Assembly (NCBI GenBank): GCA_950097015.1
Contig: CATNEN010000038.1
Location: forward strand, 13,640,001 to 13,704,000
Reading direction: 5' to 3'
Origin: Macrostomum hystrix
Taxonomy: Eukaryota; Animalia; Platyhelminthes
Length of the DNA stretch: 64,000 nt
Shown here: positions 1 through 11,200 of the stretch, piece by piece
How positions within the stretch are numbered: the stretch's first letter is position 1
How the letters are laid out: each line of letters begins with the position of its first letter
Program-made: the position numbers and the translations under genes
The notes under the pieces: generated by a model
What the model was told of the DNA's origin: nothing
The model's input: only the letters and a program-made list of their open reading frames with translations
Databases searched by the model: none

Positions 1-679
1 AAAGCATATATTTTCCCTTACGTGTGGGTTGTAGCACCCAGCCCTCTAGTGCGTCATCTTCGGCTGCAAAAGCTTTGCCTATTCTATTTGTTAACAAGTG
101 TCTCCTTTTAAGCGAACGTAAATATATGGCAGGATAATGAGTCATGATTAAAAAAGTCCAAAAGTACTTTCTTGTTTGCATTGTGAGAGCTATAAAAGCA
201 TTGATAATGTCCTAAAGTGTTTAAGCTTGTGCACTTAATGGATTGTCAGTGACGAAATCGAATGAAATATTTCCTTTACGAAGCTAAATGGGTAAGGGAG
301 GTCGCCCTCGGAGACGGTGTACACATATTTCTATTTTTAGAATTCGTTAATCCTAAGGTTGATGCCAAGCTCTTCCGAGATGCTAAAAATAGATGCCTTC
401 TCGTGTATTTTAATCGAATGAATCATTCTATTTCGTCAGCTTCAATTTGTTTAAAAGACGGCCAAGCTTGAGTCAGTGGCTATTTTTCTATCAAGAAGAA
501 AATATTGAGCTGCAAACGAACTAAACTGAATTGAACTTGCATCAGACTAAATATCGGCGACTAAATATTAGCGACAGTTACCTTTTTGATAACCACAGCG
601 ACAGCAATGACAACAACAGCAGCAGCAGCAACAGCTGTGGCGGCGGCGGCGGCGGGGTCGTCAGACTCTGATTCTTTAG

Positions 680-1561
680 GGGCCGGTGGAGAATTGTCGA
701 TATCCAGCGACAGTGACCCAACAGGCAGCATCTGTGGCGCCAAACGTTGCCAGAGTGACCGAGGTCGACAGAACTTCTACCACCGCTACTCTACCAGACA
801 GCCTCTTCTGGCGACATGGGAAGTCCTGCCGTTACGTCTGCAAAAACTTTCTGGTCGGTTACATTGACGATCGGAGGCGGATGTACAGGATGGTGCGGGA
901 GTCGCGGCTTCTTGGCGAGGTCGGCGGCCTCCAGGTGACAACCTTCGATGCTGTTCGGCGGTTCAATAACATGACCCTGACGAAAGAATCTCTTAGAATT
1001 CTCATTCTGCCTAACGCCGGGGGTAGCTCCCTGGTGTCTGAGGTGCTGTCCTACGAGTACATGCGCAAGTGTTATCAAGCCGAACTGCTCAAGACAGAAA
1101 TGGAGGTGGAGTACTTTCCGCTCGGCGGCTCCATCACCGACTATGTCATGCGACTATTCGATCGAAAGGTAAGGTTAGCTGTAAAGTTCGATTTCGGGAA
1201 TGTGTACTTAGAGTCAGCGTAGTGTCGTTAAAATGTGTCGTTTGGCCGATATGTATCGAAAAAAGTTTTTGTTTAGGTGGCTGTTTCGGTAACCCGAGGT
1301 GTCAAGTTCAACGGCGAGTTCACGGTGGAGGACGGCATCCGTCTGCTCACTAAGAAGCTGCTTGGAATCCGGCAGGCTGATAAAAACAATCTAGAATCCT
1401 GGCAACTTCACGTGCTACATGTGTGGGCCGACGGCCCGGCTGTGACGCGAGCGCTGGCCGCAGCCCACAGCCTGCTGCCGCAGAGTGTGCTCGGCAGCGC
1501 TGTGGTTCTCGTCACCTGCGTGCGCAACTGCCGAGAGATATTTACGAACAAAGTGGACTGA
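680..1561 (+). CDS. AAC4-like (AAC-rich mRNA clone AAC4 family) protein; exons 680..1168 and 1277..1561; N-terminus uncertain
   Basis: Motifs PNAGGSSLVSEVLSYE, LLKTEMEVEYFPLGGSITDY and VAVSVTR match the AAC4-like family as recalled. Intron 1169-1276 (AAG|gtaagg...tgtttag|GTG) joins ORF 686..1222 to ORF 1277..1561 in phase 0. First in-frame ATG is 881; in-frame TAG at 677-679 doubles as an acceptor. Confidence 0.75.
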
Positions 1562-2151
1562 CAGCTGCTGGTCGCTGAGCATGTAATTGAGCATCTGTCT
1601 TCTCTATGCTCAAAATTCTTAAAGGGATATTGGGTTGCCTTTCCTTTAAGGGGGTGGCTAATAAAGAGTGTCTATTATTCTTTTAAGACTTAAAACTGTA
1701 TAGGCTTTCAAGCACTACTTCACTACTTCAAGTAGTTTAAATTAGGGCTCATTCAAACTGGCTTAGCGAAATGTTGTTTAAAGCGCAAGGACTCGTCTGG
1801 AATCAGCTTAAGTGATGCGAACATATTCTATAGCACTAGCACTGCACATTTAGTTAGTAAATGCTCTCCCTCATTCGTCAGGGTCATGTCAGTTATGTAA
1901 TTACGAGCGTACCTTCTAATTTTTTATCCCTCTTTTATGTAGATGCATGTAAAAACCGTTGATTATAATGAGTACCTCCTCAAATACACTACGTACAGTT
2001 CCCCTAAAACACCTGCGTAAAGTTATTTTTTAACACCTGCAGACAGTTGAATCACCCGGTTTGATTAAATTATCGATGAAAGCACGATGAAGGTACTTTG
2101 AAGCAAAGTACCTTGAAACAAAGTATCAAAGCACGAACTATTGACACGATA

Positions 2152-2445
2152 GGAGGTTGTAGCCGCGTGTGGTTAGAGCATCGGACTTACGACTGAAAGG
2201 TCTGGGGTTCGATTCCCAAATCCACTGGAACGATTTGTTTCCTTTAGCAAGACACTTAACTCTGCATTGCTTTCAGTTCACCCAGCTGTCAAATGGTACT
2301 AGAATGAGCTGGGGTAATTGAGGGTGGGTGTGGCGTCTCCCCTGTCCACGGACTCAACAGCCGTACGCAGCCTTCAGATGCGCTGTGCAATAGCTGCGGC
2401 TGTGCTGTCGGCTGCACATCTGGCCCAATTAGGCTGTAAAAAACT
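2152..2445 (+). mobile_element. tRNA-derived SINE, family 1 (CORE-like central domain)
   Basis: A-box-like tagccgcgtgtgg, B box ggttcgattccc, then ctttagcaagacacttaac...cacccagctgtcaaatggtac and an A-rich tail. Homologous copies near 44510, 45300 and 63200. Confidence 0.8.
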
Positions 2446-3200
2446 AAAAATATATAGGAAATAACGATTGAAACATCAACTGCAGATGTTTCACTGGTTT
2501 TCTAGGCCGCATTGTGAAATAATAAATAGTGAGAATTGCGACTGTTGAATTAGTATCATCACAACTGTACTAAAACTGTAATATTACAGGTGCTAAATCG
2601 CAGAAATCTGATACGGTAAGTGCCAATAAATCGTGAATAGCGTGCGGGCTTGGAAGTCCGTTAAATTTATATAGCTGCACCTGTTATATGTGTGGGTGGT
2701 AATGCTTTAACACGCAGCCCTTTAGGTGTTAAGCCAACACGCCCTGTGTTACAATGACATCTTAGTTGCATGGTATCGCTGAATTTTATTCACACCAAAG
2801 GCGAAAGAGAGCAAGAACAAATCGCGTTAGCGGATTAAGTCAGCAGGTGATAAAACTGAAATCTTAGCAGCCGCGACTTCTACTAGTAAATACGTTTTAT
2901 CATTTTCTTTAATCATTCACAAAAAATCTACCTGTTTGACAGTTGTGTTATAGAACAGGTGTGATAGAGAACACTGTCTTGTAATAAGTTAAACAGAGGT
3001 TGTGTAATTTGAAACATTATGAAACTATCTACCTGTATGGTAAGCGGGTGTTGCAATATGATAAAATCAGTACTGTCTACATGAGGCGCGTATGTGTATG
3101 TCTACATGGGGCAATATGCCGGTAATATTATAATATGATTAGAAAATTAGAACGGTAATACTGCATATTTATACCTCGTAACCCGACGTCACAGCGACAG

Positions 3201-4500
3201 TGACACAATCTACCTGGTACACATGTGTAATCTGATTGAGTGACACAATCTACCTGGTACACATGTGTAATCTGATTGAGTGACACAATCTACCTGGTAC
3301 ACATGTGTAATCTGATTGAGTGACACAATCTACCTGGTACACATGTGTAATCTGATTGAGTGACACAATCTACCTGGCACACATGTGTAATCTGATTGAG
3401 TGACACAATCTACCTGGCACACATGTGTAATCTGATTGAGTGACACAATCTACCTGGCACACATGTGTAATCTGATTGAGTGACACAATCTACCTGGCAC
3501 ACATGTGTAATCTGATTGAGTGACACAATCTACCTGGCACACATGTGTAATCTGATTGAGTGACACAATCTACCTGGCACACATGTGTAATCTGATTGAG
3601 TGACACAATCTACCTGGCACACATGTGTAATCTGATTGAGTGACACAATCTACCTGGCACACATGTGTAATCTGATTGAGTGACACAATCTACCTGGCAC
3701 GCATGTGTAATCTGATTGAGTGACACAATCTACCTGGTACACATGTGTAATCTGATTGAGTGACACAATCTACCTGGCACGCATGTGTAATCTGATTGAG
3801 TGACACAATCTACCTGGTACACATGTGTAATCTGATTGAGTGACACAATCTACCTGGCACACATGTGTAATCTGATTGAGTGACACAATCTACCTGGCAC
3901 GCATGTGTAATCTGATTGAGTGACACAATCTACCTGGTACACATGTGTAATCTGATTGAGTGACACAATCTACCTGGTACACATGTGTAATCTGATTGAG
4001 TGACACAATCTACCTGGTACACATGTGTAATCTGATTGAGTGACACAATCTACCTGGCACGCATGTGTAATCTGATTGAGTGACACAATCTACCTGGTAC
4101 ACATGTGTAATCTGATTGAGTGACACAATCTACCTGGTACACATGTGTAATCTGATTGAGTGACAAAATCTACCTGGTACACATGTGTAATCTGATTGAG
4201 TGACACAATCTACCTGGCACGCATGTGTAATCTGATTGAGTGACACAATCTACCTGGTACACATGTGTAATCTGATTGAGTGACACAATCTACCTGGTAC
4301 ACATGTGTAATCTGATTGAGTGACACAATCTACCTGGTACACATGTGTAATCTGATTGAGTGACACAATCTACCTGGCACGCATGTGTAATCTGATTGAG
4401 TGACACAATCTACCTGGCACGCATGTGTAATCTGATTGAGTGACACAATCTACCTGGCACGCATGTGTAATCTGATTGAGTGACACAATCTACCTGGTAC
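3201..4500. repeat. 40-bp tandem satellite (tgacacaatctacctggYacRcatgtgtaatctgattgag), ~32 copies
   Basis: Near-identical head-to-tail units with two main variable positions; no spacers. Confidence 0.98.
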
Positions 4501-5030
4501 ACATTTGTAATATTTTCAAGTGACGCAATCTGCCTGGATGAATCGGTGAGTAAAGTAATGATACTGTCCACCTGATAAACAGGAGTATAATGATAATGGA
4601 TGTGAGTTGTGCACGTATCGAAATGACATTGTCGAGTGAAGGCATTGTAAAACATGCTGCCTAAAAGATAGAAACAAATCTCTAAATATTTTTTGCAAAT
4701 GATAATTGCACTGATATTCGAATCAATATTAAAATAAACGGCTCTTTTCATTGGTTTAAAAAATGATTTTCGCACAAGCTCTGAAAGTTTTTCCAGCTGG
4801 CGTTTCACTTGACACACCGCCCACCCCAGCCCCCGCACATTTTCGGCCCCGTCCATTGGCCCATCCGGTAAGGCGGCAAACAGTCTAAGGTGGCACCTCT
4901 AAGGTCGACAGTTGCACCTCAGGCCAACTGGGCATAAAAGCAGCGAAAACGTAGCGGCTAGAGCTCAAACTCTCAGACTCTGAGCACATTCTGAGCACAT
5001 TCCAACAAACTATTAAACTAGAGCATCACA

Positions 5031-6089
5031 ATGTGCAGCCGTCTAGCTGAACGTGAGCTACGACAGCGTCGAGACAGTTGTCGATCCTCGCCCGCAGCGG
5101 CCTCAATCGGTGGCAAGCGTGCCTTGCTGCTGCTGAAGCAAAGTTTTGCCAGCTCATCGTCGACAGTGTCAGTCGATTCTGGCTTCCACTTTGGCCGGCC
5201 TTTGTCCCAGCAGCCGCAGACAGTTGTGTCCGGAGTAGGCCGTGTGCCCAGCCTGCTGGCTGCCTGCTGCCGGTTCCTGTCCGCGGAGCCAGCACTGTCC
5301 TCTGTTGGCCTCTTCCGAGTTGAAGGCGCCCGACCACGGCTGCTCCAGCTGCGCAGCCGACTGGACTCTGACCGCGACTGTGAAATCCCGGCGGACACCC
5401 CGCCGCAGGATGTGTGCTCCACGCTGAAGGCCTGGCTGCGCCAGCTCGACCGGCCGCTGCTGCCCTCGGCCGCAGCCGAGGCTCTGGCACTGGCGGCTGC
5501 GAATGGAAACGTCGCGGTATCATCGAGCACCCTGCGCGCAGTTGTCGTCGCGAGCTTCAGCAAGGACGAAGTCAACTGTCGCGCCAGGTCACTTAAACTG
5601 CTCTGCTTGCTGCTGCAGCGGCTGGCCGCGGCCGGCGGCGGTTTTCAAGGCAACCGCATGGACGCAGCCAGCCTAGCCACCTGCCTGGGACCCTGCCTCT
5701 ACGGCGGAGTGACATCGGCTCAGACCGCCGCCAGGCTCAACTCCGGTGTCGCCCTGCTGATTCATCAAGCCGGCGATATTGCAGGAGCTGTCGACGCAGA
5801 CGATAACGAACCCGACGCCGAGCGCTCAGGCCAGACTTCCGGGCTTCGTCAGGCGCGGACTCGCAGTGCCAGCCGTCTCCGAGCGGCTGTTGTTCGGGCC
5901 GTATCGCGTCTCAGTCGAAGCCGCAGCCGCAGCCGCAGCCCGGAGTCGCTGCCTACAATTGCCACGCCGCGTCGTGTTCCGCGGCTTCTTCGTCGACTGA
6001 GCGGCCCTCAGCTGCGTCCACCGCTTACACCTGCTGGGCCGACGCTGGTTTCGTTGGCGCCTCGCCTGACTACCGTGCGGCTATTGTGA
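5031..6089 (+). CDS. RhoGAP-domain protein, single exon, 352 aa
   Basis: Arginine-finger motif GLFRVEG, DVCSTLKAWLRQLDRPLLP and NRMDAASLATCLGP; basic RS-rich tail; AATAAA at ~6146. Confidence 0.88.
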   Translation: MCSRLAERELRQRRDSCRSSPAAASIGGKRALLLLKQSFASSSSTVSVDSGFHFGRPLSQQPQTVVSGVGRVPSLLAACCRFLSAEPALSSVGLFRVEGARPRLLQLRSRLDSDRDCEIPADTPPQDVCSTLKAWLRQLDRPLLPSAAAEALALAAANGNVAVSSSTLRAVVVASFSKDEVNCRARSLKLLCLLLQRLAAAGGGFQGNRMDAASLATCLGPCLYGGVTSAQTAARLNSGVALLIHQAGDIAGAVDADDNEPDAERSGQTSGLRQARTRSASRLRAAVVRAVSRLSRSRSRSRSPESLPTIATPRRVPRLLRRLSGPQLRPPLTPAGPTLVSLAPRLTTVRLL

Positions 6090-6461
6090 TCCTTGGAGAT
6101 GCCGATAGCATTTTATTTGTAGCTTTTTTAATTCGTAGCTTCGTCAATAAAGACTTAATAGTTGGCTTTGTTTTACCCAGTTTTAATAGCGTTTTATCAT
6201 TGCATAATAATGAATTTTCATATTGCTTTTTTGTATGCCTAGAATTTGTAGCCTTAGTCTAGTTTCTTGAGTTGCAGATGCCTTTCCGTAAGCAAAATGT
6301 TTTAATAAACCATTTAATAAACTTGTTTCTACCTTAGTATTTCTTTTGAGTGTAACGAAGTATTTGCAATGACACAAATATTATAATTCCGTTGCATCTG
6401 TCGATTATTTACTTATCACGAGTGTACAATTCATTACAAGAAGTATAACCTGCTACACTGG

Positions 6462-7660
6462 AGGTGTCACTTATTGGACCACTTGTTAGATAAGGGGTGT
6501 CACCCGTTATACCAGTAGTGTCGCCTGTTAGGCAAGGGGTGTCACCTGTAAGGCAAGGGGTATCACATGTTAGACAAGGGATGTAACCTGTTATACCAGT
6601 AGTGTTACTTGTTGGATAAAGGGTGTCATATATTAGATAAGGAGTGTCACCTGTAAGGCAAGGGGTGTCACCTGTTATACCAGTAGTGTTACCTGTTGGA
6701 TAAGGGATGTCATATGTTAGATAAGGAGTGTCACCTGAAAGGCAAGGGGTGTCACCTGTAAGGCAAGGGGTGTCACCTGTTGGGATGTCACCTGTTATAC
6801 CAGTAGTGTTTCCTGTTGGATAAGGGGTGTCATATATTAGATAAGGAGTGTCACCTGAAAGGCAAGGGGTGTCACCTGTAAGGCAAGGGGTGTCACCTGT
6901 TGGACAAGGGATGTCACCTGTTATACCAGTAGTGTTACCTGTTGGATAAGGGGTGTCATATGCTAGATAAGGAGTGTCACCTGTAAGGCAAGGGGTGTCA
7001 CCTGTTGGACAAGGGATGTCACCTGTTATACCAGTAGTGTTACCTGTTGGATAAGGGGTGTCATATGTTAGATAAGGAGTGTCACCTGTAGAGGCAAGGG
7101 GTGTCACCTGTTATACCAGCAGTGTTACCTGTTGGATAAAGGGTGTCATATATTAGATAAGGAGTGTCACCTGTAAGGCAAGGGGTGTCACCTGTTATAC
7201 CAGTAGTGTTACCTGTTGGATAAGGGATGTCATATGTTAGATAAGGAGTGTCACCTGAAAGGCAAGGGGTGTCACCTGTAAGGCAAGGGGTGTCACCTGT
7301 TGGGATGTCACCTGTTATACCAGTAGTGTTTCCTGTTGGATAAGGGGTGTCATATATTAGATAAGGAGTGTCACCTGAAAGGCAAGGGGTGTCACCTGTA
7401 AGGCAAGGGGTGTCACCTGTTGGACAAGGGATGTCACCTGTTATACCAGTAGTGTTACCTGTTGGATAAGGGGTGTCATATGCTAGATAAGGAGTGTCAC
7501 CTGTAAGGCAAGGGGTGTCACCTGTTGGACAAGGGGTGTCACCTGTTGGACAAGGGGTGTCACCTGTTATACCAGCAGTGTTACCTGTTGGATAAGGGGT
7601 GTCATATGTTAGATAAGGAGTGTCACCTGAAAGGCAATGGGTGTCACCTTCTATACCGTA
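6462..7660. repeat. Compound 21-bp-based minisatellite (aaggggtgtcacctgt core) with a ~520-bp higher-order duplication
   Basis: Sequence at 6621-7040 recurs at 7141-7560 (offset 520). Confidence 0.93.
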
Positions 7661-8211
7661 GTGTTATCCGTTAGCCAAGTAGGAAAGAAGGCTTTTAGGA
7701 TGATTTGACGATGAGCAAAGTACGAGTTTCACTTGTTAAACTGGAGTTTTGCTTCTGATTTGATTGAGGCGGGCAGAACATGCAAAGAAATGATTTTTCC
7801 GTCAGCCAATTAGAAAAATATGGAAAAAGATCGGGTAAGAATATGCCGTCTATAAGGATGCGGACACAATGTCTCCGGCTTTTTCTGCCTCTCGCTCACA
7901 TTTTCTCATTCTCCAGTCCTTGTACAAGAAGTATAATAGCATTATCATATTGTCACTTTATCTGTGCACGATCGTACATGCTGCATGGAAAATATCTGTA
8001 CATGGGGTCACAGAAAATGCCCACGAAAATTCGGACACTAGACAGAAATGCATAAAACTAGCCAATGTAGGCAGCCGGTGTTTGCTAGTTTCTGTCAAAA
8101 ATATAATAAAGCTTTTAACTTGCCACAGTTTTAGCTCAGGCTGATGCAAGAAAGTGGTCACAAAGCCTGGCTTATATAGTTATTCTGTGACAAGTTTTCT
8201 GCACCGGAAAC

Positions 8212-11200
8212 ATGGAAACCGGAAACATGGAAACCGGAAACATGGCTTGCATGGATGCGTGCGATATTCAGGTAATTTACTCGTATTTATTACTAGACCC
8301 TACTTCAACTTAGACCGTTGATTCGCACTTAGACCGTGTAACGGATGAATCTGAGCATATTTGTGTGAAATTTTGCTATATAGTGATGACGATGAGAATA
8401 GTTAAATGAAGATGAGCATACTTCGGTGAAGCTGAGCATAGTTGGATGAAGCTGAGCACATGCTGATGTAGCCGGGTTAAGGCACAGATACTATAATAAC
8501 TAGTTATTATAACTAGTTAACTAGTATCTGTGGGTTAAGGAAACACATGCGCTTAACTCATTTCACCGCAGACAATATCCCAGCTGGCAATCCAGGGTGA
8601 CTTCGAGCAGGTGCGGCTGCGGGCCACGGCAGACATGCTGCGACAGGCTGACACCAAAGGGCAGAGTGTACTAATGCTCGTAGCCGACTCAGCTATGTCG
8701 CCAACTCCAACTGGAAAGTGCATAGAGTACTTTCTGTACCTTGGCGTGGATCCGTCAGCGACGGAGGCGTCGACTGGAGACACGGCTGCTCACCTGGCAG
8801 TCCGGCGGGGCAATCTGCGGCTGCTGACACTGCTACCGTTCGAAGCCAAGTGGCTTCAAAACTGGCGCGGCGCCAGCCCGCTGATGGAGGCGGCACGGAC
8901 TGGCAGCTCGGCCTGCGCCAAGCACCTGCTGCACCAGCTGCGGCAGAAGCGATGGAACCTGCTTAGCAACAAGAGACGGCAGCAGCTGCTGCAGTTGACA
9001 GACTTCGACGGTCAAACTGCCTCGGAGATAGCTGCCTGTAGCAGTCATCTGGATTTGGCAAGGGACATTGAGCGGTGAGTAATCGAAAGGCAAAGTCTAT
9101 CGGGACTAGATTGCCTAGAATTTCTATATTGCAGTTCAGTCACAGCGCGAATCTGTGTATGAATCTCCTCGCACCCTCATTGAGAGTAGTTATTATCGAT
9201 TAACTTCTAGATAGCTTGCGTCAATATTTTCTCGCACTTTTGAAAGATTAACGACTATCGTCTTATTGCTCACGCTTTTCGCTGATTTGCAGAGAGCTGC
9301 GGCTTGAACTGCTTGGTCTGGGTTCCATTGGTGGCCTGACCGACTCGGTAATTAAAGCCAAGCCTTTAATTCCAAGCAGACTACCGATTTTGCAGGTAGC
9401 CTTACCTGCAGAACAGGTAGGATTGCACAACGTTTTCAAAAAGATATTCTCTTTCATCGTTGCTAAAGGAAGCAAAAACACTAGGCACTCTGACGCGATT
9501 GATCGACGCCGGCGATTTGGCGGGAATTGAAGAATTCTTAAAGTGTGAATCAACCAGCTCACTGGACCTGCCAGCTTGGTGGGGCCAGACCGCTCTGCTG
9601 CGAGCCTCAAGCAGCTGCGCCTGCACCGATGCGACCCTGTGGCAGCGGCTGGTTCAACTCGGCGATGCCAGCTGCGCTACGGTCGACGGGTTCAGCTGTC
9701 TGCACCGAGCTGCCAGCGTCGGCAACCTGGCCGCAATCGACGCTCTAGTCAACAGCGGCGCAACGCCCCCGAACGCCAGGGACTCCAGCGAGCAGACGCC
9801 GTTGATGTCGGCCGCTCGCTGGGCACCGGCGTCTGTCGCCGCCGCTGTTGGCCGATCTCTACTGGCAGCCGGGGCAAATTGGGAACTGACGGACAAGCAG
9901 AATATGACGGCGATGGAGATTGCCCAGAAGCGAGGAAGGATGGAGCTGGCAGACCTGCTGCTTGGGTGAGCTAGTCCAGCAAGACAGCTAAAGTTCATGT
10001 TGCAGTCCTGAACTTCATGCAGCAGTCCTGAACTCCATGTAGCGGTCATAAACTCCATCTATAATCATAATAATAATAATAGTTGCAGGAGGGCTGCAGG
10101 CAATCGCACATATTTTAGTGACACTAGACCGCAGCCAGCGAGGAGGCGATTCTGCCCATTTCGCTGACTCCTGAGCACACACGCACACAGATCCTGTACG
10201 CAGGCACACGCTCACACAGGTGTGTACATCTGCCCTGACTTTCTCATCATCAGGCAGTGTACATTTATGTGTGCCTTGGAGGTTTGCCCTCAAGGGCGTA
10301 AATTGCACGACAAGCCCTCAAGCCTTCTCTCCGCGGCTGCGCTCCAAATAAATGTGGCCTCGCCGCGGAATCGAACTTAGGGACCGTGGTGCGAGAGGCA
10401 AACGCGATAACCGTTCTGCCACCGACCCCTCATGAACTCCATGTAGCAGTCCTGAATTCTACGTAGCAGTCGTGAACTTACAAAGAAAATTATATACTCG
10501 TAGATATTTTTTAAAGGCTGCACAGAACACGAACAAATTGTCTTATTTTTTTCAGATTTAAGAACAAATCATTTTTTGATCAGCCCATGGAACTTCCGTA
10601 AGTCTACTTTTGATTATCACAAGTACTTGTATCTCTCTTCTGTACGCAATGTTAAGCGACACATTTATTTCGAAACATGGATAAATGTTTAGAGCGTAGA
10701 ACATTCTTAATTAGTTGCAAGACACGCTCTGCTGTACGCGGAGGTACTCAACCAATCAGAGATGCAGCGCTCATCCACTCCCTCTGCAGATCTGGCTGCT
10801 CTCCGTTCTTGAAGAGCTGGGACTCGCATAGGCTGCTCGGTAGGGGCGGCTACGGAGAAGTTCACGAAGTGCTCACGGACAGAGGGGTCAGGTGCGCGGC
10901 TAAACTCATCAAACTTCCAGTTCAGCTTGGCGACCAACCAGACTCAATAAGAGAGGAGCTCAATCGATCAATTGAAAGCGAGAGGAACCTGTGCCAGCTG
11001 AGGCACGAAAACATCGTCAGGTTCTTGTACATCGGCCAGCTGAAGTCTTCGACGGTTGTCTTGTTCATGGAGCTGCTTAATGGTTGCTCTTTGGAGAGAT
11101 TTCTAGACAGGAAGCCATTGGAGGAGGCGAAGATTCAAGAGTTCAGTAGTCAGGTGAATTAATTAACTTAGAATTAACTCAGAAGAGTTACCTACGCTTT

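Noticed and set aside
2152-2225. tRNA genes at SINE heads (also 45380-45456, 63355-63415, 10358-10430)
   Set aside because: Acceptor stems do not pair, anticodon loops vary between copies, and each continues into a shared SINE body.
3201-4500. CRISPR-like array (also 34950-36800 and 48936-49820)
   Set aside because: Units are contiguous with no unique spacers, there are no cas genes, and the context is eukaryotic.
8380-8470. Intronic box C/D snoRNA (gtgatga...ctga)
   Set aside because: The motifs come from a degenerate gatgaagctgagca repeat; no terminal stem or recognisable guide.
10236-10256. Hammerhead ribozyme in SINE 2 (CTGATGA-tga-GAAA-gtc)
   Set aside because: No stem II between CUGAUGA and GAAA, no stem III, and the copy at 40670 has gataaa; a simple hairpin explains the sequence.
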